Source: Bdellovibrio sp.
GTDB lineage: Bacteria > Bdellovibrionota > Bdellovibrionia > Bdellovibrionales > Bdellovibrionaceae
Length of the DNA stretch: 16,981 nucleotides
Assembly (NCBI GenBank): GCA_046318155.1
Contig: JBKCUU010000022.1
Span: forward strand, 1 to 16,981
Direction of reading: 5' to 3'
Below are positions 7,206 to 16,768 of this stretch, piece after piece. A model generated the notes under the pieces. That model searched no databases and had not been told where the DNA came from. It was given only the letters and a program-made list of their open reading frames with translations. The position numbers were made by a program, and so were the translations under genes. The first letter of the stretch is position 1, and each line of letters opens with the position of its first letter.

Positions 7206-8840
7206 ATGTGCCGTGCATTGATCTCGTGGGTTTTAACCGTTTCGATCGCCTTTCCAGTCTGGGCCTTGACGCCCCAGCAAACGAAAACGGTTCAGGATTT
7301 TTTAACGACCACGGGTCTTTCAACACGCGCCGTTACTTGGTCTGAGTTCTATCAAAAGATCGAGAGAGATCTTCCGATGGATGTTCAGCGCGAAATGCAG
7401 CTTTTTATTAAGCTGAATCCCAGCGCCAAAATTCCTCAGCCCAAAGTCAGTAAACTCAAACAAGGCAAGGACGAAGTCGTTCAGCTTGAATTCACCGTTG
7501 GTAAAGAAAAGTCTTACCTGTTGATTTCAGGAAAAAGTGAATTTGCCACCATCAAGGGAAAGCAAGGTGGAAAAAAGTTTGACCGCCGCGTTCGTCTCTC
7601 TGACTTAAGAAACCCCGTGCGTTTTATGACCGAGCTGTCGGGTCAAGCAACACCGTGGACCGAAGTCGTCCCGAGCGTTCAGATTTTAACCATGGACCAA
7701 GTTAAAAAACTCGGGCCTGCACAGCGAAGAGCTTACGTTGACAAGCTCCGCGATCTTTTGGTCAGTGCCGAAAAAGTACAAAGTGCTTTTGGAAACTCGA
7801 GCAAGTCTGCCAGTCTACAAGATTACCTTCTTCAGCAGCTTGTTGAAGAAGCCTTTGCTGCAGTGGCCTCCGGCGAGTGCATCGTTGCGGGTTGGGTCGG
7901 TCAATACCGAAACAATTCGTGTGAGCCCCCCCAACAAGCGCGCTCAACAGGCTGTGCGAAGTGCAATAGCGAGATCTATGGTTCGTCATCGCCTTGCATC
8001 AGCTTTGCAAATGGTAAATTGCCGCTCAACGCGACTGAGATTTGTAATCAAAGAACAGAGTCAAATAAATATGCGGTCTTTCAAGGTGTAAAAAATCAAT
8101 CGGAGTTGGCCAACAAGCTACAAAGTTTATCGGGCGTTCTGACGGGACTTCGCGAGAAGTGCACGAGCATTGAAGCCGGCGTTGTTCAAGGTGCCAAGTT
8201 GCTAGATCAACAACAAACTTGCAGCCATTTCAAGGGCCGAATCACTGAGCTAGAAGCTGTTCAATGCCAAATTTTAGAACAACAGCCGAATCACTTTCCG
8301 GACCTCCGTTGCCGTCCACCCGCGGTCATTTCTCCGCCGCAAGAGCCGCCTCAGCCAGTGGGTCCCTCAGTCAATCGACCTGCAAGCGGGGATTGCACAA
8401 ATTTGCCCACTTCGCCGACTCAGTTGCGCTGCCAAGCTTCTCCGGTCATAGAAATTGCCTGCGAAGAGGATGGTGAACAAGTCGCAAAATACTATTGTGC
8501 TTGCGGGCCAGGTGAAGAGGTTGAAAAACAAAATTCAAACTTGGCCGTTGCTTGTCATCCTTTAAGAAAGGATTCGACTGGCGGCATCGATTCGTACCGA
8601 GGAGAGCGTCCCAAAAAAGAAGAGCCGTGGTTTAAACCTTGGATGGGCATCGCACTGGCGGGAGCTGCGGGTCTGGCGCTGTGGTACTACGGGACAAAAT
8701 CAACGCTTGAGAATCAATACAGCCTGATCACACCGACAACAGTCGCGACGCCGGTGCCTGCACCTTATACCCCCCCTTCGCCCGTGACGGCTCCCACGCC
8801 AATTGATATCTCGCGCCCGCCGCCAACCGGCACTCGATAA
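7206..8840 (+). CDS. Cys-rich secreted, C-terminally membrane-anchored hypothetical protein
   Basis: SD AGAGG then ATG7206 gives signal peptide MCRALISWVLTVSIAFPVWA. About 16 Cys in the C-terminal ~60%, a Pro-rich linker, a TM segment WMGIALAGAAGLALWYYG, and a Pro/Thr tail. The ORF track starts at 7149. Confidence 0.85.
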   Translation: MCRALISWVLTVSIAFPVWALTPQQTKTVQDFLTTTGLSTRAVTWSEFYQKIERDLPMDVQREMQLFIKLNPSAKIPQPKVSKLKQGKDEVVQLEFTVGKEKSYLLISGKSEFATIKGKQGGKKFDRRVRLSDLRNPVRFMTELSGQATPWTEVVPSVQILTMDQVKKLGPAQRRAYVDKLRDLLVSAEKVQSAFGNSSKSASLQDYLLQQLVEEAFAAVASGECIVAGWVGQYRNNSCEPPQQARSTGCAKCNSEIYGSSSPCISFANGKLPLNATEICNQRTESNKYAVFQGVKNQSELANKLQSLSGVLTGLREKCTSIEAGVVQGAKLLDQQQTCSHFKGRITELEAVQCQILEQQPNHFPDLRCRPPAVISPPQEPPQPVGPSVNRPASGDCTNLPTSPTQLRCQASPVIEIACEEDGEQVAKYYCACGPGEEVEKQNSNLAVACHPLRKDSTGGIDSYRGERPKKEEPWFKPWMGIALAGAAGLALWYYGTKSTLENQYSLITPTTVATPVPAPYTPPSPVTAPTPIDISRPPPTGTR

Positions 8841-8866
8841 AAGGCTGGACCTTCTAAATAGAAGCC

Positions 8867-8902
8867 CGAAAAGGTCGAGAGCATCTCGACCTCTTTCGTT
8901 TT
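8867..8902 (+). terminator. Rho-independent terminator
   Basis: Stem AGGTCGAGA (8872-8880), loop GCA, TCTCGACCT (8884-8892), followed by CTTTCGTTTT. Lies ~30 bp after the 8840 stop. Confidence 0.75.
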
Positions 8903-8921
8903 AATGTGATGAAATAGAAGA

Positions 8922-9524
8922 ATGCTGACGCCTCCCCATGAGACCATTCTTCCCGGAACACCAGCCCCTCAGACGCCTGATCGCGATCGAACCGGTCGGC
9001 GGGAGCAAGTTCGCCGCAATGGCGCACTTGATGATTTGGACTTTGTCGAATCGAGCGGGTCTTTTCACGGCGGTCCCAATTGGAAAAAGAGCGGCTATGC
9101 TCTGGTGGCGTGGTCTTTTGTCGCGAGCATCATCGATGCGTGCGTTGTGGTCGGCCTGGCTTGTTTGTTCATGGTTGTCGTTCTGTTCATTGCAAAGATG
9201 GGCGGGGAGTTTCTCACTTTTGATCGCGCTGTGATTTTAAATGCTGTCTTTATTCTCTTTGTTTTTTTGCACGTGACTTACTTGCTTTCACTCCGTGTTA
9301 TTTTAGGTCATAGCTTGGGTGAGTGGGCTTGTGGCTTAAAGCTGGGTGAACCGCACGCGAGATTGTCGCCGCGCTATTCATTAAAAGTCTTATGGCGTTT
9401 TGTGATTGTGGCCGCAACCGGTGTGTTGGTGTTGCCAATTTTAAGTTATTTAACCGGAAAAGACTGGGCCGGCCGATTGTCAGGTCTTCCCTTGATCTCC
9501 TTAGTTAAAGGAACCCGCATATGA
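8922..9524 (+). CDS. RDD family membrane protein
   Basis: A(S)xIDA motif before TM1, then TMs, [17 protein letters not shown] and DWAGRLSG, which is the RDD layout. Confidence 0.75.
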   Translation: MLTPPHETILPGTPAPQTPDRDRTGRREQVRRNGALDDLDFVESSGSFHGGPNWKKSGYALVAWSFVASIIDACVVVGLACLFMVVVLFIAKMGGEFLTFDRAVILNAVFILFVFLHVTYLLSLRVILGHSLGEWACGLKLGEPHARLSPRYSLKVLWRFVIVAATGVLVLPILSYLTGKDWAGRLSGLPLISLVKGTRI

Positions 9525-10426
9525 AAAGCCCACTCTTCAAAGCAATTTTGTGTTTTTTCGTTCTTCTAACCGCCGCTTGTGAAAAGAAAGATGAATCGAA
9601 GAATGACGGCAATCCTGGTGGGACCGATAACGGCAATCTTCCTCAAGCTGGCGCGGTGAATTGGGATGTGGGCACAGAAGTCCCACCGCATGAAGCCGGC
9701 AAAGAAGGTGATTTTTTTATTCATACCGGTAACGGCAATTTGTATCGAAAATTTCGTGATCAGTGGACGGTCATGATGACGATGCGCGGAGCCGTGGGAG
9801 CAACCGGATTACCTGGTGCGATGGGTCCCCAAGGACCCAAAGGTGAGACGGGTCCAACGGGAGCCACAGGTCCTGCGGGCGCAGCCGGAGCGATGGGCCC
9901 CGTGGGTCCTCAAGGCCCAGCCGGTGTCGCGGGAGCTTCGGGCCCTGAGGGGGTTCAAGGTCTCACGGGTGAAAATGGAATCGATGCCAACCGGATCATT
10001 CTGACTCATCGACATGGGCAAAGCGCAACGGTATGGAAAGTTCCCAAACGCGTGATTGCAGGTGGTCCCAGCACGCTTGAAGTCACCTATGGGACTGTCG
10101 GAAATGGCGTCGTCGTTTTAGATCTTGGCCCCAGAGTTCGCTGCGCGTACCGGGGCGAGGGCGCGAGCAGTGATCCTCGCTTCGGGACTTTCGATTACGA
10201 GCGCGGACGAATCGCTTCGCTAGAAAAGTGTGTCGACCTGGCGCAAATTTCAAACTCCGACATCTTAAACAAAACGGACCGTTACCTTAAAGCCTCGGCG
10301 GTTGATATGAGCCGCGGCCTTGAGCTCGTCATACAGGATCAGGTGACATTTCAAGTGTTGCAAGCCGGCGGTAAGATCCCAGGCGCTAAAGTCTTAGCGT
10401 TGATCCCGCTTTATATTTACCCGTGA
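9521..10426 (+). CDS. Collagen-like (Gly-X-Y) repeat lipoprotein
   Basis: Lipobox LTAAC, ATGA overlap with the RDD gene, and 22 contiguous Gly-X-Y triplets. Confidence 0.88.
   Translation: MKSPLFKAILCFFVLLTAACEKKDESKNDGNPGGTDNGNLPQAGAVNWDVGTEVPPHEAGKEGDFFIHTGNGNLYRKFRDQWTVMMTMRGAVGATGLPGAMGPQGPKGETGPTGATGPAGAAGAMGPVGPQGPAGVAGASGPEGVQGLTGENGIDANRIILTHRHGQSATVWKVPKRVIAGGPSTLEVTYGTVGNGVVVLDLGPRVRCAYRGEGASSDPRFGTFDYERGRIASLEKCVDLAQISNSDILNKTDRYLKASAVDMSRGLELVIQDQVTFQVLQAGGKIPGAKVLALIPLYIYP
9788..9985 (+). repeat. Collagen triple-helix coding repeat, (Gly-X-Y)22
   Basis: [18 protein letters not shown] ... GEN GID, with GGN at every third codon. Confidence 0.92.
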
Positions 10427-11523
10427 CGGGTCCAGAGCCCCATCACTTCTAAATGTTCTGTTTGCGGAAACTGATCAATCAGGATCAGTTTCTGGCAGCG
10501 CCAGCCGGCCAAATTTGCTCTTAAATCTTGAACCATCGACTCCGGAAAGCACGACATGTAAACCAGGTTCTGCACTGGTGAAGAGGGGAGCTCCTTTAAA
10601 AAAGAACCCAGCCCTGAGCGTGGGGGATTGACCAAAACAGTGTCGCAGTTTTTAAGATCAACCGCTGTGGTTTGAAAGTTTCCGACCTTCAGTTTGATTT
10701 GAATGCCGCTATTTCCAGAGAGTTTTTCGAAGGCTTGCTGGTTCGCTTGAAATGCCAGCGCCGAACTTTGATCAAACTCGTAGGCTTTGAGGTTTTTTGC
10801 TTTTGCAGCGGCGGCGAACGTGAGATTCCCGGTTCCAGATCCAAATTCAACCAGGTTATGAGACTCAGGGACCAACCCCAGCAGAGACCGGATGATTTCG
10901 CGGTTCGCCTGGCTTCCGACCTGAGAAAAATCCCCAATTCGAGACAGCAGTGGAAACGGCGTTTCCCCCAGCCAAGTTTCGGTCCAGGGGTGAAAGACAG
11001 GGTCTTTCAGAAGTTTGGGTGTTTGTTTCTCGAAGCGAAAGTGTTTGCGGCGCTGTCCGATTTCGATGACGTTTGCCATACTGGCCAGGCGCTCAAGTGT
11101 CGATCGTTCTTCGAACAGGGCTTTGACATCTTGATTTGATAGATCCAACCACAGGCCCTTGTCGCCGCGGGCGTTGATCCTCAGGCGAAAAGAGCCACGC
11201 TCGATCGGCAATCGAACTGTACGAAATTCTAGGAACCAGCTTTCGAGAGATGGACTGAGTTGCAAACAAGCGGGGAGATCCAAAATCTCGGTTCGGTCCT
11301 TGTTCCATAATCCAAGACGTCCTTGTTGAATTTGAAAATCGAGTCGGTCGCGAAGTCTGAATCCCGGCAACCGGGCCCAACTCAGGTCTTTGGGTTCTGA
11401 TAAACCTTGGCCTCTCAGCAGTTCTAAGAAGCGAGTCTGCTTTTGTTGGCGCTGCTGATGAAGGGGGGTGCCCCAGCTTGAACACCCCGAGCAGATTGAG
11501 GCAGTGGGACAAACTACTTCCAT
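10417..11523 (-). CDS. RNA uracil-C5 methyltransferase, RlmD/RlmC/TrmA family, without TRAM domain
   Basis: Fe-S-type [10 protein letters not shown] plus [27 protein letters not shown] (catalytic Cys) and [10 protein letters not shown]. Likely start ATG11523; the ORF track extends to 11583. Confidence 0.9.
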   Translation of the reverse strand: MEVVCPTASICSGCSSWGTPLHQQRQQKQTRFLELLRGQGLSEPKDLSWARLPGFRLRDRLDFQIQQGRLGLWNKDRTEILDLPACLQLSPSLESWFLEFRTVRLPIERGSFRLRINARGDKGLWLDLSNQDVKALFEERSTLERLASMANVIEIGQRRKHFRFEKQTPKLLKDPVFHPWTETWLGETPFPLLSRIGDFSQVGSQANREIIRSLLGLVPESHNLVEFGSGTGNLTFAAAAKAKNLKAYEFDQSSALAFQANQQAFEKLSGNSGIQIKLKVGNFQTTAVDLKNCDTVLVNPPRSGLGSFLKELPSSPVQNLVYMSCFPESMVQDLRANLAGWRCQKLILIDQFPQTEHLEVMGLWTRHG

Positions 11524-11671
11524 TGGAGCCAACAGCTCACATCGTTTTTTTGAGCGCCGTTTTGTTCGGGACTGATAACGCACGCCGTATAAAACGCGAA
11601 TTTGACAGAAATAAGAGGGGTCGGCATCAATAACCTCTGTAGAAAATAAAGACGACTTATAGGATATCCAA

Positions 11672-14638
11672 ATGCCAAAAAACCGAACTTTTGTTTTGAC
11701 TCATCAGACGCCAAAAATCTTCGTTGTTTTGCTCCTATCTTGTACTTCGTTTTTAGGATCTTGCCAATTTCTGGATCAAGTTCAGGCTCAGGATTCTGGG
11801 GCCCCCTCGTTCCGGGCCGACAAGACCGATATGCAACAAGACCCCGGCGTGATCAGCGGCCGCCGACAGCTCACCCAGGTGGGTCCTCGCAGCGGCGAGG
11901 CTTACTTTAGCCCCGATGGGCAAAAGTTGATTCTTCAAAGCGAGCGTTTCGCCGGCAACCCTTTTTATCAAATCTACAGATTGGATCTACAAACCGGTCA
12001 ATCGGAGCTCCTGTCGACGGGCCTAGGAAAGACCACGTGTGCTTGGTTTCACCCTTCGATGACCAAGGCCCTTTATTCAAGCACCCACTTGGACAAGGAC
12101 TTCAAAAAGAAGACTCAAGAAGAGTTCGAAATCCGAAAGTCCGCTCAAAAAGCCAAGTACAGCTGGAGCTTTGATGACACCTTTGACATTTTCGAGGTAA
12201 ATCTCAAATCCAAGGCGCAAAAACGACTGACGAAGGCAAAAGGCTATGATGCCGAAGCCTCCTATTCGCCCGATGGTCAGTGGATCTTGTTTGCAAGTAA
12301 CCGCACAGGCTATACCGAAAAGCTGAGCGACGACGAGCAAAAAGTTTTTGCTCAAGACCCCTCGTCACAAATGGAAATTTATTTGATGAAGGCGGATGGC
12401 ACGGGTGTGAAGCGTCTGACCAATCACTTGGGGTACGATGGGGGTCCGTTCTTTAGTCATGATGGTAAAAAAGTCACCTGGCGCCGATTCACGGCGAACG
12501 GAGCCTCTGCCGAAATTTGGACGATGAACCTTGATGGCTCTGAGGCCAAAGAACTCACTCGCTGGAAGGCGATGAGCTGGGCGCCCTTTTTTCACCCCTC
12601 GGGCGACTACATTATTTTTACTTCGAACAAATTAGGATACGCCAACTTTGAATTGTTTATCGTTGATGCCGCGGGAACCAAAGAGCCCGTGCGCGTGAGC
12701 TATTGGGACGGCTTTGATGGTCTTCCGGTTTTTTCGCCCGATGGTCAAAAGCTGGCCTGGACTCACCGAGATGAAAAAGGGGAGTCGCAAGTTTATCTCG
12801 CCAATTGGGATGACGCCAAAGCGCGAACGCTTTTGGGCCTTGCGCAAAAAGCACCGCGGGGATCTGAGCTTGCGGGTGATTTCGCCTCGCAAGACGGACG
12901 CTTGCTCGTTGATTACCTAGCGGGCCCCGAACTCGCCGGACGGTCAACGGGCTCCGCTGAAGAAGTTCAGATGACCAAAGATCTGGGGCAACTCATGTCG
13001 GACCTGGGTCTAAAGCCAGGTTGGGAAAAGTCCTACACGCAGCCCTTCGAGTTTACTGCGGGCGTCGAGCTCGGCAAAGGCAACGAACTCAAACTCCAAA
13101 TCGATGGCAAAGACCGCGTGCTTAAACTCAATGACGATTTTATGCCGCTCTCATTTTCAAAGAGCGGGCAGTTTACTCAGGCCGGTGTCGCCTTTGCGGG
13201 TTACGGGCTGATCGCTTCGGCTGATGAAAAACAACCCGAGTACAACTCTTATAAAGACCTCGATGTGAAGGGAAAATGGGTCTTGGCCTTTCGCGAGATC
13301 CCCGAAGAGATTCCCAATCCCCGCCGCATTTTCTTGAATCAAGTTTCGCGGCTTCACCATAAAGCTTTGGTCGCCAAACAAGCCGGCGCCATTGGTTTGC
13401 TCTTGGTCTCGGGCCCAAATTCAACAGCCAAGCAAAAGATCTTAAAGCTGCGCTTCGATGGCAGCTTTGCCGAGGCGGGGATTCCCGTTCTCTCGATTTC
13501 AGATGAAACCGCCGAGACCTTGCTCAAATCGACGGGCCGGTCACTGAAGTCCTGGCAAACGGAACTCGACAAAGGCCTGATGAAAGGCGAGAGCGAACTT
13601 AAAAACGTGCTCGTCACGGCTCAAGTTGATTTGATCGAAAAAAAATCAACAGGTCACAACACGCTTGGTTTGATTCAGGTGCCTGGCGCCAAGCAAACGC
13701 TTGTTATTGGTGCTCACGGCGATCACTTGGGCCGCGGCGAAAGTGGATCTTCGCTGGCACGCGGAGGCGAGCTTGGGCAAGTCCACTTTGGTGCGGACGA
13801 TAATGCCTCGGGCGTTGCCGCGCTTTTCATGATCGCGCAAGCGATGCGAACTGAAATGAAAAAGGGGACCTTTAAACCCAAACAAAACATCTTATTCGCC
13901 GTCTGGTCGGGCGAAGAAATTGGACTTTTGGGATCCAGTGCTTTTTTAAAAATGAACAAAACACCGCTCTCGGCTTACCTCAACATGGATATGGTCGGCC
14001 GCTTACGAGAAACTTTGCTAGTTCAAGGCGCCGGCTCCGCGCTTGAATGGCGTCAAATCCTAGAGCCGCTTGCGGTCGCTGAGAAGCTGTCAGTCAGTGT
14101 TCAAAATGACCCGTACCTGCCCGCGGATTCGATGGTTTTTTATAAGAAGCAAGTCCCGACCCACATGTTCTTTACGGGAGTTCACACCGAGTACCATACG
14201 CCGCGAGACACGGCCGCCACGCTTAATTACGAGGGGATCTCTGAAATCGCCCGGTTGATGAACCGGTTGGCCCAGGTGTTGGCATCAGGCCGAGATACTT
14301 TTCAGAAGCCCATTAAGCTGACTTACCAAAAGGTTGAGAGTTCGCACCAAAAACTTGAGGGCCGCAGCTTTCGCGTTTACTTAGGAACGATCCCTGATTA
14401 CGCCCAAGAAAAAGTAAAAGGCGTTTTGATTTCGGGAACGTCAAAAGATTCACCCGCTGAAAAGTCAGGACTGAAAGCTGGAGATGTGATTAAGGGTCTG
14501 GCCGGAACTAAAGTCGACAACATTTATGATTACGTTTATGTTCTTCAAAGTTTAAAGCCGAATCAAAAAATTCCTGTCGAAATCAACCGCCAAGGCCAAT
14601 CGTTGACGCTTGAGCTGACGCCGGCCCTCAAAGAATAA
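11672..14638 (+). CDS. Secreted M28 family metallopeptidase with N-terminal TolB-like PD40 propeller, PA domain and C-terminal PDZ
   Basis: Repeated FSPDG/FHPSG PD40 motifs. PA-like FAGYG..DVKGKWV. M28 motifs GAHGDH, GADDNASG, GEEIG, NMDM and YHTPRD. PDZ motifs LGTIPD and SPAEKSGLKAGDVI. Confidence 0.93.
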   Translation: MPKNRTFVLTHQTPKIFVVLLLSCTSFLGSCQFLDQVQAQDSGAPSFRADKTDMQQDPGVISGRRQLTQVGPRSGEAYFSPDGQKLILQSERFAGNPFYQIYRLDLQTGQSELLSTGLGKTTCAWFHPSMTKALYSSTHLDKDFKKKTQEEFEIRKSAQKAKYSWSFDDTFDIFEVNLKSKAQKRLTKAKGYDAEASYSPDGQWILFASNRTGYTEKLSDDEQKVFAQDPSSQMEIYLMKADGTGVKRLTNHLGYDGGPFFSHDGKKVTWRRFTANGASAEIWTMNLDGSEAKELTRWKAMSWAPFFHPSGDYIIFTSNKLGYANFELFIVDAAGTKEPVRVSYWDGFDGLPVFSPDGQKLAWTHRDEKGESQVYLANWDDAKARTLLGLAQKAPRGSELAGDFASQDGRLLVDYLAGPELAGRSTGSAEEVQMTKDLGQLMSDLGLKPGWEKSYTQPFEFTAGVELGKGNELKLQIDGKDRVLKLNDDFMPLSFSKSGQFTQAGVAFAGYGLIASADEKQPEYNSYKDLDVKGKWVLAFREIPEEIPNPRRIFLNQVSRLHHKALVAKQAGAIGLLLVSGPNSTAKQKILKLRFDGSFAEAGIPVLSISDETAETLLKSTGRSLKSWQTELDKGLMKGESELKNVLVTAQVDLIEKKSTGHNTLGLIQVPGAKQTLVIGAHGDHLGRGESGSSLARGGELGQVHFGADDNASGVAALFMIAQAMRTEMKKGTFKPKQNILFAVWSGEEIGLLGSSAFLKMNKTPLSAYLNMDMVGRLRETLLVQGAGSALEWRQILEPLAVAEKLSVSVQNDPYLPADSMVFYKKQVPTHMFFTGVHTEYHTPRDTAATLNYEGISEIARLMNRLAQVLASGRDTFQKPIKLTYQKVESSHQKLEGRSFRVYLGTIPDYAQEKVKGVLISGTSKDSPAEKSGLKAGDVIKGLAGTKVDNIYDYVYVLQSLKPNQKIPVEINRQGQSLTLELTPALKE

Positions 14639-14653
14639 CAAAGGATGGTTCCG

Positions 14654-15355
14654 ATGAAAAAAGCGGCTGCATTTGTTTTAACGGGCACATTGATGTTGAG
14701 TGGCCTGGCTTTGGCAGATTCACGTTTGGTCGTGGTTTCGGGTGATTGCCTCAGAAACCTGACGCCGGACCGTGCGGCGATTACTCTGACCAGCGAAGCG
14801 CTCGAAAAAAACCCCGGCGCCGCGATGGAAAAGGCAACGGATCAATACAACCGCGTTCGTGAGCGAATTAAAAAGCTGAATCTCAAAAACATGGAACTTG
14901 AAACCAGCGAATTTGGCGTTCAGGAAGACATCGACTGGTCAAACAACAAAAAAACATCAAGAGGCTTTCGTGCTCGCTTGGGACTTCGAATAACGACATC
15001 TGAAACTGCAAAACTAGGCGAGCTTGCGATGCTCGCATCCGAACTCAAAGTCCAGGATGTGTCTGGCTTGCAGCATTTTGTGTCGCGCGAAACTTTGCAA
15101 AAAGAGCGGCAGGCTTGTTTAGAAGACGCGTTTCAAAATGCCAGAGCCAAGGCCGAAAAACTCGCCAAAGTGTCAGGCCAAAAACTGGGATCTGCCGCTT
15201 ACATTCAAGAAGACAGCGCTAGTGCCCCATCGCCTCGTCCGAAACTGATGGCCCAAATGGAATCCCGACTGGAGGCTGCCTCGTCAGTGCCCATCTTTGA
15301 GGCGGGGACCAACAAGATGATGGTGAACGTGCAAGTCGGTTTTGATCTGAAGTAA
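14654..15355 (+). CDS. SIMPL (DUF541) domain periplasmic protein
   Basis: SD AAGGA at 14641-14645 and a signal peptide. Motifs VVVSG...PDRAAI and AFQNARAKAEKLA..G..LG, with terminal VQVGFDL. The ORF track starts at 14645. Confidence 0.88.
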   Translation: MKKAAAFVLTGTLMLSGLALADSRLVVVSGDCLRNLTPDRAAITLTSEALEKNPGAAMEKATDQYNRVRERIKKLNLKNMELETSEFGVQEDIDWSNNKKTSRGFRARLGLRITTSETAKLGELAMLASELKVQDVSGLQHFVSRETLQKERQACLEDAFQNARAKAEKLAKVSGQKLGSAAYIQEDSASAPSPRPKLMAQMESRLEAASSVPIFEAGTNKMMVNVQVGFDLK

Positions 15356-15390
15356 ACTGTTAAGAGACAGCCATGGCTGCCTTGTTGAGC

Positions 15391-15418
15391 TTTTCTGATA
15401 AGTTATATTATGTAACAT
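15391..15418 (+). other. dif: dif-like XerC/XerD recombination site
   Basis: TTTTCTGATAA-GTTATA-TTATGTAACAT has 11-6-11 architecture and is intergenic. Compare E. coli dif GGTGCGCATAA-TGTATA-TTATGTTAAAT. Confidence 0.8.
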
Positions 15419-15474
15419 TCTGGGTGGGTCTTTTGAGTCTTGTTCTTGCCTGAAAAAAAGTTTAGTTTGCGATC

Positions 15475-16350
15475 ATGCAAACACTCTCTTTTTTGCTCCT
15501 GTTCTTGCTTATCCCGCTCACTTCATGTGCCAGCACCAGTTCGACTTATCGGCTGAAGTACCAAAACCTCGATGTTCGAATCAGTGAATACGTCCCCAAG
15601 GGACAAGCACGCAGTTTTACCGCCGTCATTTTTCCGCCCACAGGTGGATCCACAACTCTGGACCGAGAATACGCTAAGAAGTTAGCAGCCAAGGGTATCA
15701 GGACTTTGATTCTCGAAGACTGGTCCGGTTTTGATGAAAGCAGCGTTGATCCGGAACTGCACGATCGACACATCGGTCGCGCGAAGCTTGCTTTTGAGGC
15801 TTTGACAAAAAAGTACCCAGGCCCCTATCGACTTCTTGGAACAAGTTTGGGCGGAATGTACGTGGCCGCCATAGCCGCCGAACAAGAATCTGTTGAGAGC
15901 TGGGTCACGATCGCATCGGGCGCTCCCTTTAGTTTTGTTTTGTCGCGGTCTGATCAGGAGGGTTTGATCAGTTTACGAGACCAGCGTAAGCCCCTTTGGC
16001 TTTTTGATTCTGGCGACTATGAAGCCATGCTCGGATTTGCTATTACTCAAGATATTTTACCGCCACGACATGGAGTCCTTGCCGTTGCTGGGGCTCAGGG
16101 ACGACCAAGTTCCGGAGCGCAATGGAGACAAGCAAAAGTCCTGATGTTGATTGCCACCAAAGACACCACCGTCCCGACAGAGGCCCAAGAGCTCTTGTGG
16201 CGAGCTGTTCCCGGCGCTCAGCGAGTGAACATTGAGGCAGGACATTTTTGGGGCATCGTTCGCGCTTGGTGGAGTCACGGCACAGAGATCGTCGAATTCT
16301 TAGCGGCGCCGCAAGGGATTCCTCAGTCGGCCCAATCAAGCATTCTTTAG
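15475..16350 (+). CDS. Alpha/beta hydrolase lipoprotein
   Basis: Lipobox LTSC, nucleophile elbow GTSLGG, acid in KDTTVP, His in EAGHF. Confidence 0.85.
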   Translation: MQTLSFLLLFLLIPLTSCASTSSTYRLKYQNLDVRISEYVPKGQARSFTAVIFPPTGGSTTLDREYAKKLAAKGIRTLILEDWSGFDESSVDPELHDRHIGRAKLAFEALTKKYPGPYRLLGTSLGGMYVAAIAAEQESVESWVTIASGAPFSFVLSRSDQEGLISLRDQRKPLWLFDSGDYEAMLGFAITQDILPPRHGVLAVAGAQGRPSSGAQWRQAKVLMLIATKDTTVPTEAQELLWRAVPGAQRVNIEAGHFWGIVRAWWSHGTEIVEFLAAPQGIPQSAQSSIL

Positions 16351-16763
16351 TCGAAGGTCCATTCGCGAAACCCTAGCTTTTTGGCTTCATCAAGGTCCGC
16401 GCGATCAATTTCGTAAACATTTGATTGCCCAGTGGGTGTCCCGCAGGCTTGGATGTGCATCAAGCCATCCATCTTGTTGACGGCTGAAAAAACCTTGATG
16501 CTGCCCAGTTGCTTTTGCATTTGGGCGAGGGGAATCGCTTTGCCTTGTCCGCACTGCAGGCTGCCATCAGGTTTGAAAATTCTGACTCGGTTTGAAGGAT
16601 TGGTTGTGTTTTTGACGTCGTTCATCGGGAGTGTTGCCTGTACAGGTTTTTGGGTTGAAGCTTCGGAGCGCTGTTCTTTGCAGGGTCCGGTTCCGCAGGC
16701 CGAAACCAGCAGACCCATCACGAGTATTGAACAGGCAGACGAAACTAAAGATGATCTTTTCAT
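16347..16763 (-). CDS. Hypothetical lipoprotein
   Basis: SD GAGG, lipobox VSAC, and Cys pair in KPDGSLQC...QACGTPTG..NVYEI. Confidence 0.8.
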   Translation of the reverse strand: MKRSSLVSSACSILVMGLLVSACGTGPCKEQRSEASTQKPVQATLPMNDVKNTTNPSNRVRIFKPDGSLQCGQGKAIPLAQMQKQLGSIKVFSAVNKMDGLMHIQACGTPTGQSNVYEIDRADLDEAKKLGFREWTFD

Positions 16764-16768
16764 TCAAA

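Noticed and set aside
7058..7345. 95-aa + strand ORF, and the 7149 start of the Cys-rich gene
   Set aside because: The ORF overlaps two better-supported genes and the promoter region. The SD and signal peptide favour ATG7206.
9788..9985. CRISPR or tandem DNA repeat
   Set aside because: The 9-bp periodicity is explained by Gly-X-Y coding. There is no repeat-spacer structure and no cas gene in the window.
10417..10426. Convergent 3' overlaps (10417-10426 and 16347-16350) as a regulatory system
   Set aside because: Short stop-region overlaps are common in compact genomes, and nothing else supports a regulatory role.
11514..11714. 66-aa minus ORF and TTGACA (11602-11607) in the divergent intergenic region
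   Set aside because: The ORF overlaps both flanking starts and has no motif. TTGACA has no convincing -10 box at 16-18 bp spacing.
11753..14258. Numerous short antisense or alternate-frame ORFs in the peptidase gene (likewise within fic, the PKS, mscS, the RNA methyltransferase and the hydrolase)
   Set aside because: They are shadow ORFs of well-supported genes and show no recognisable motifs.
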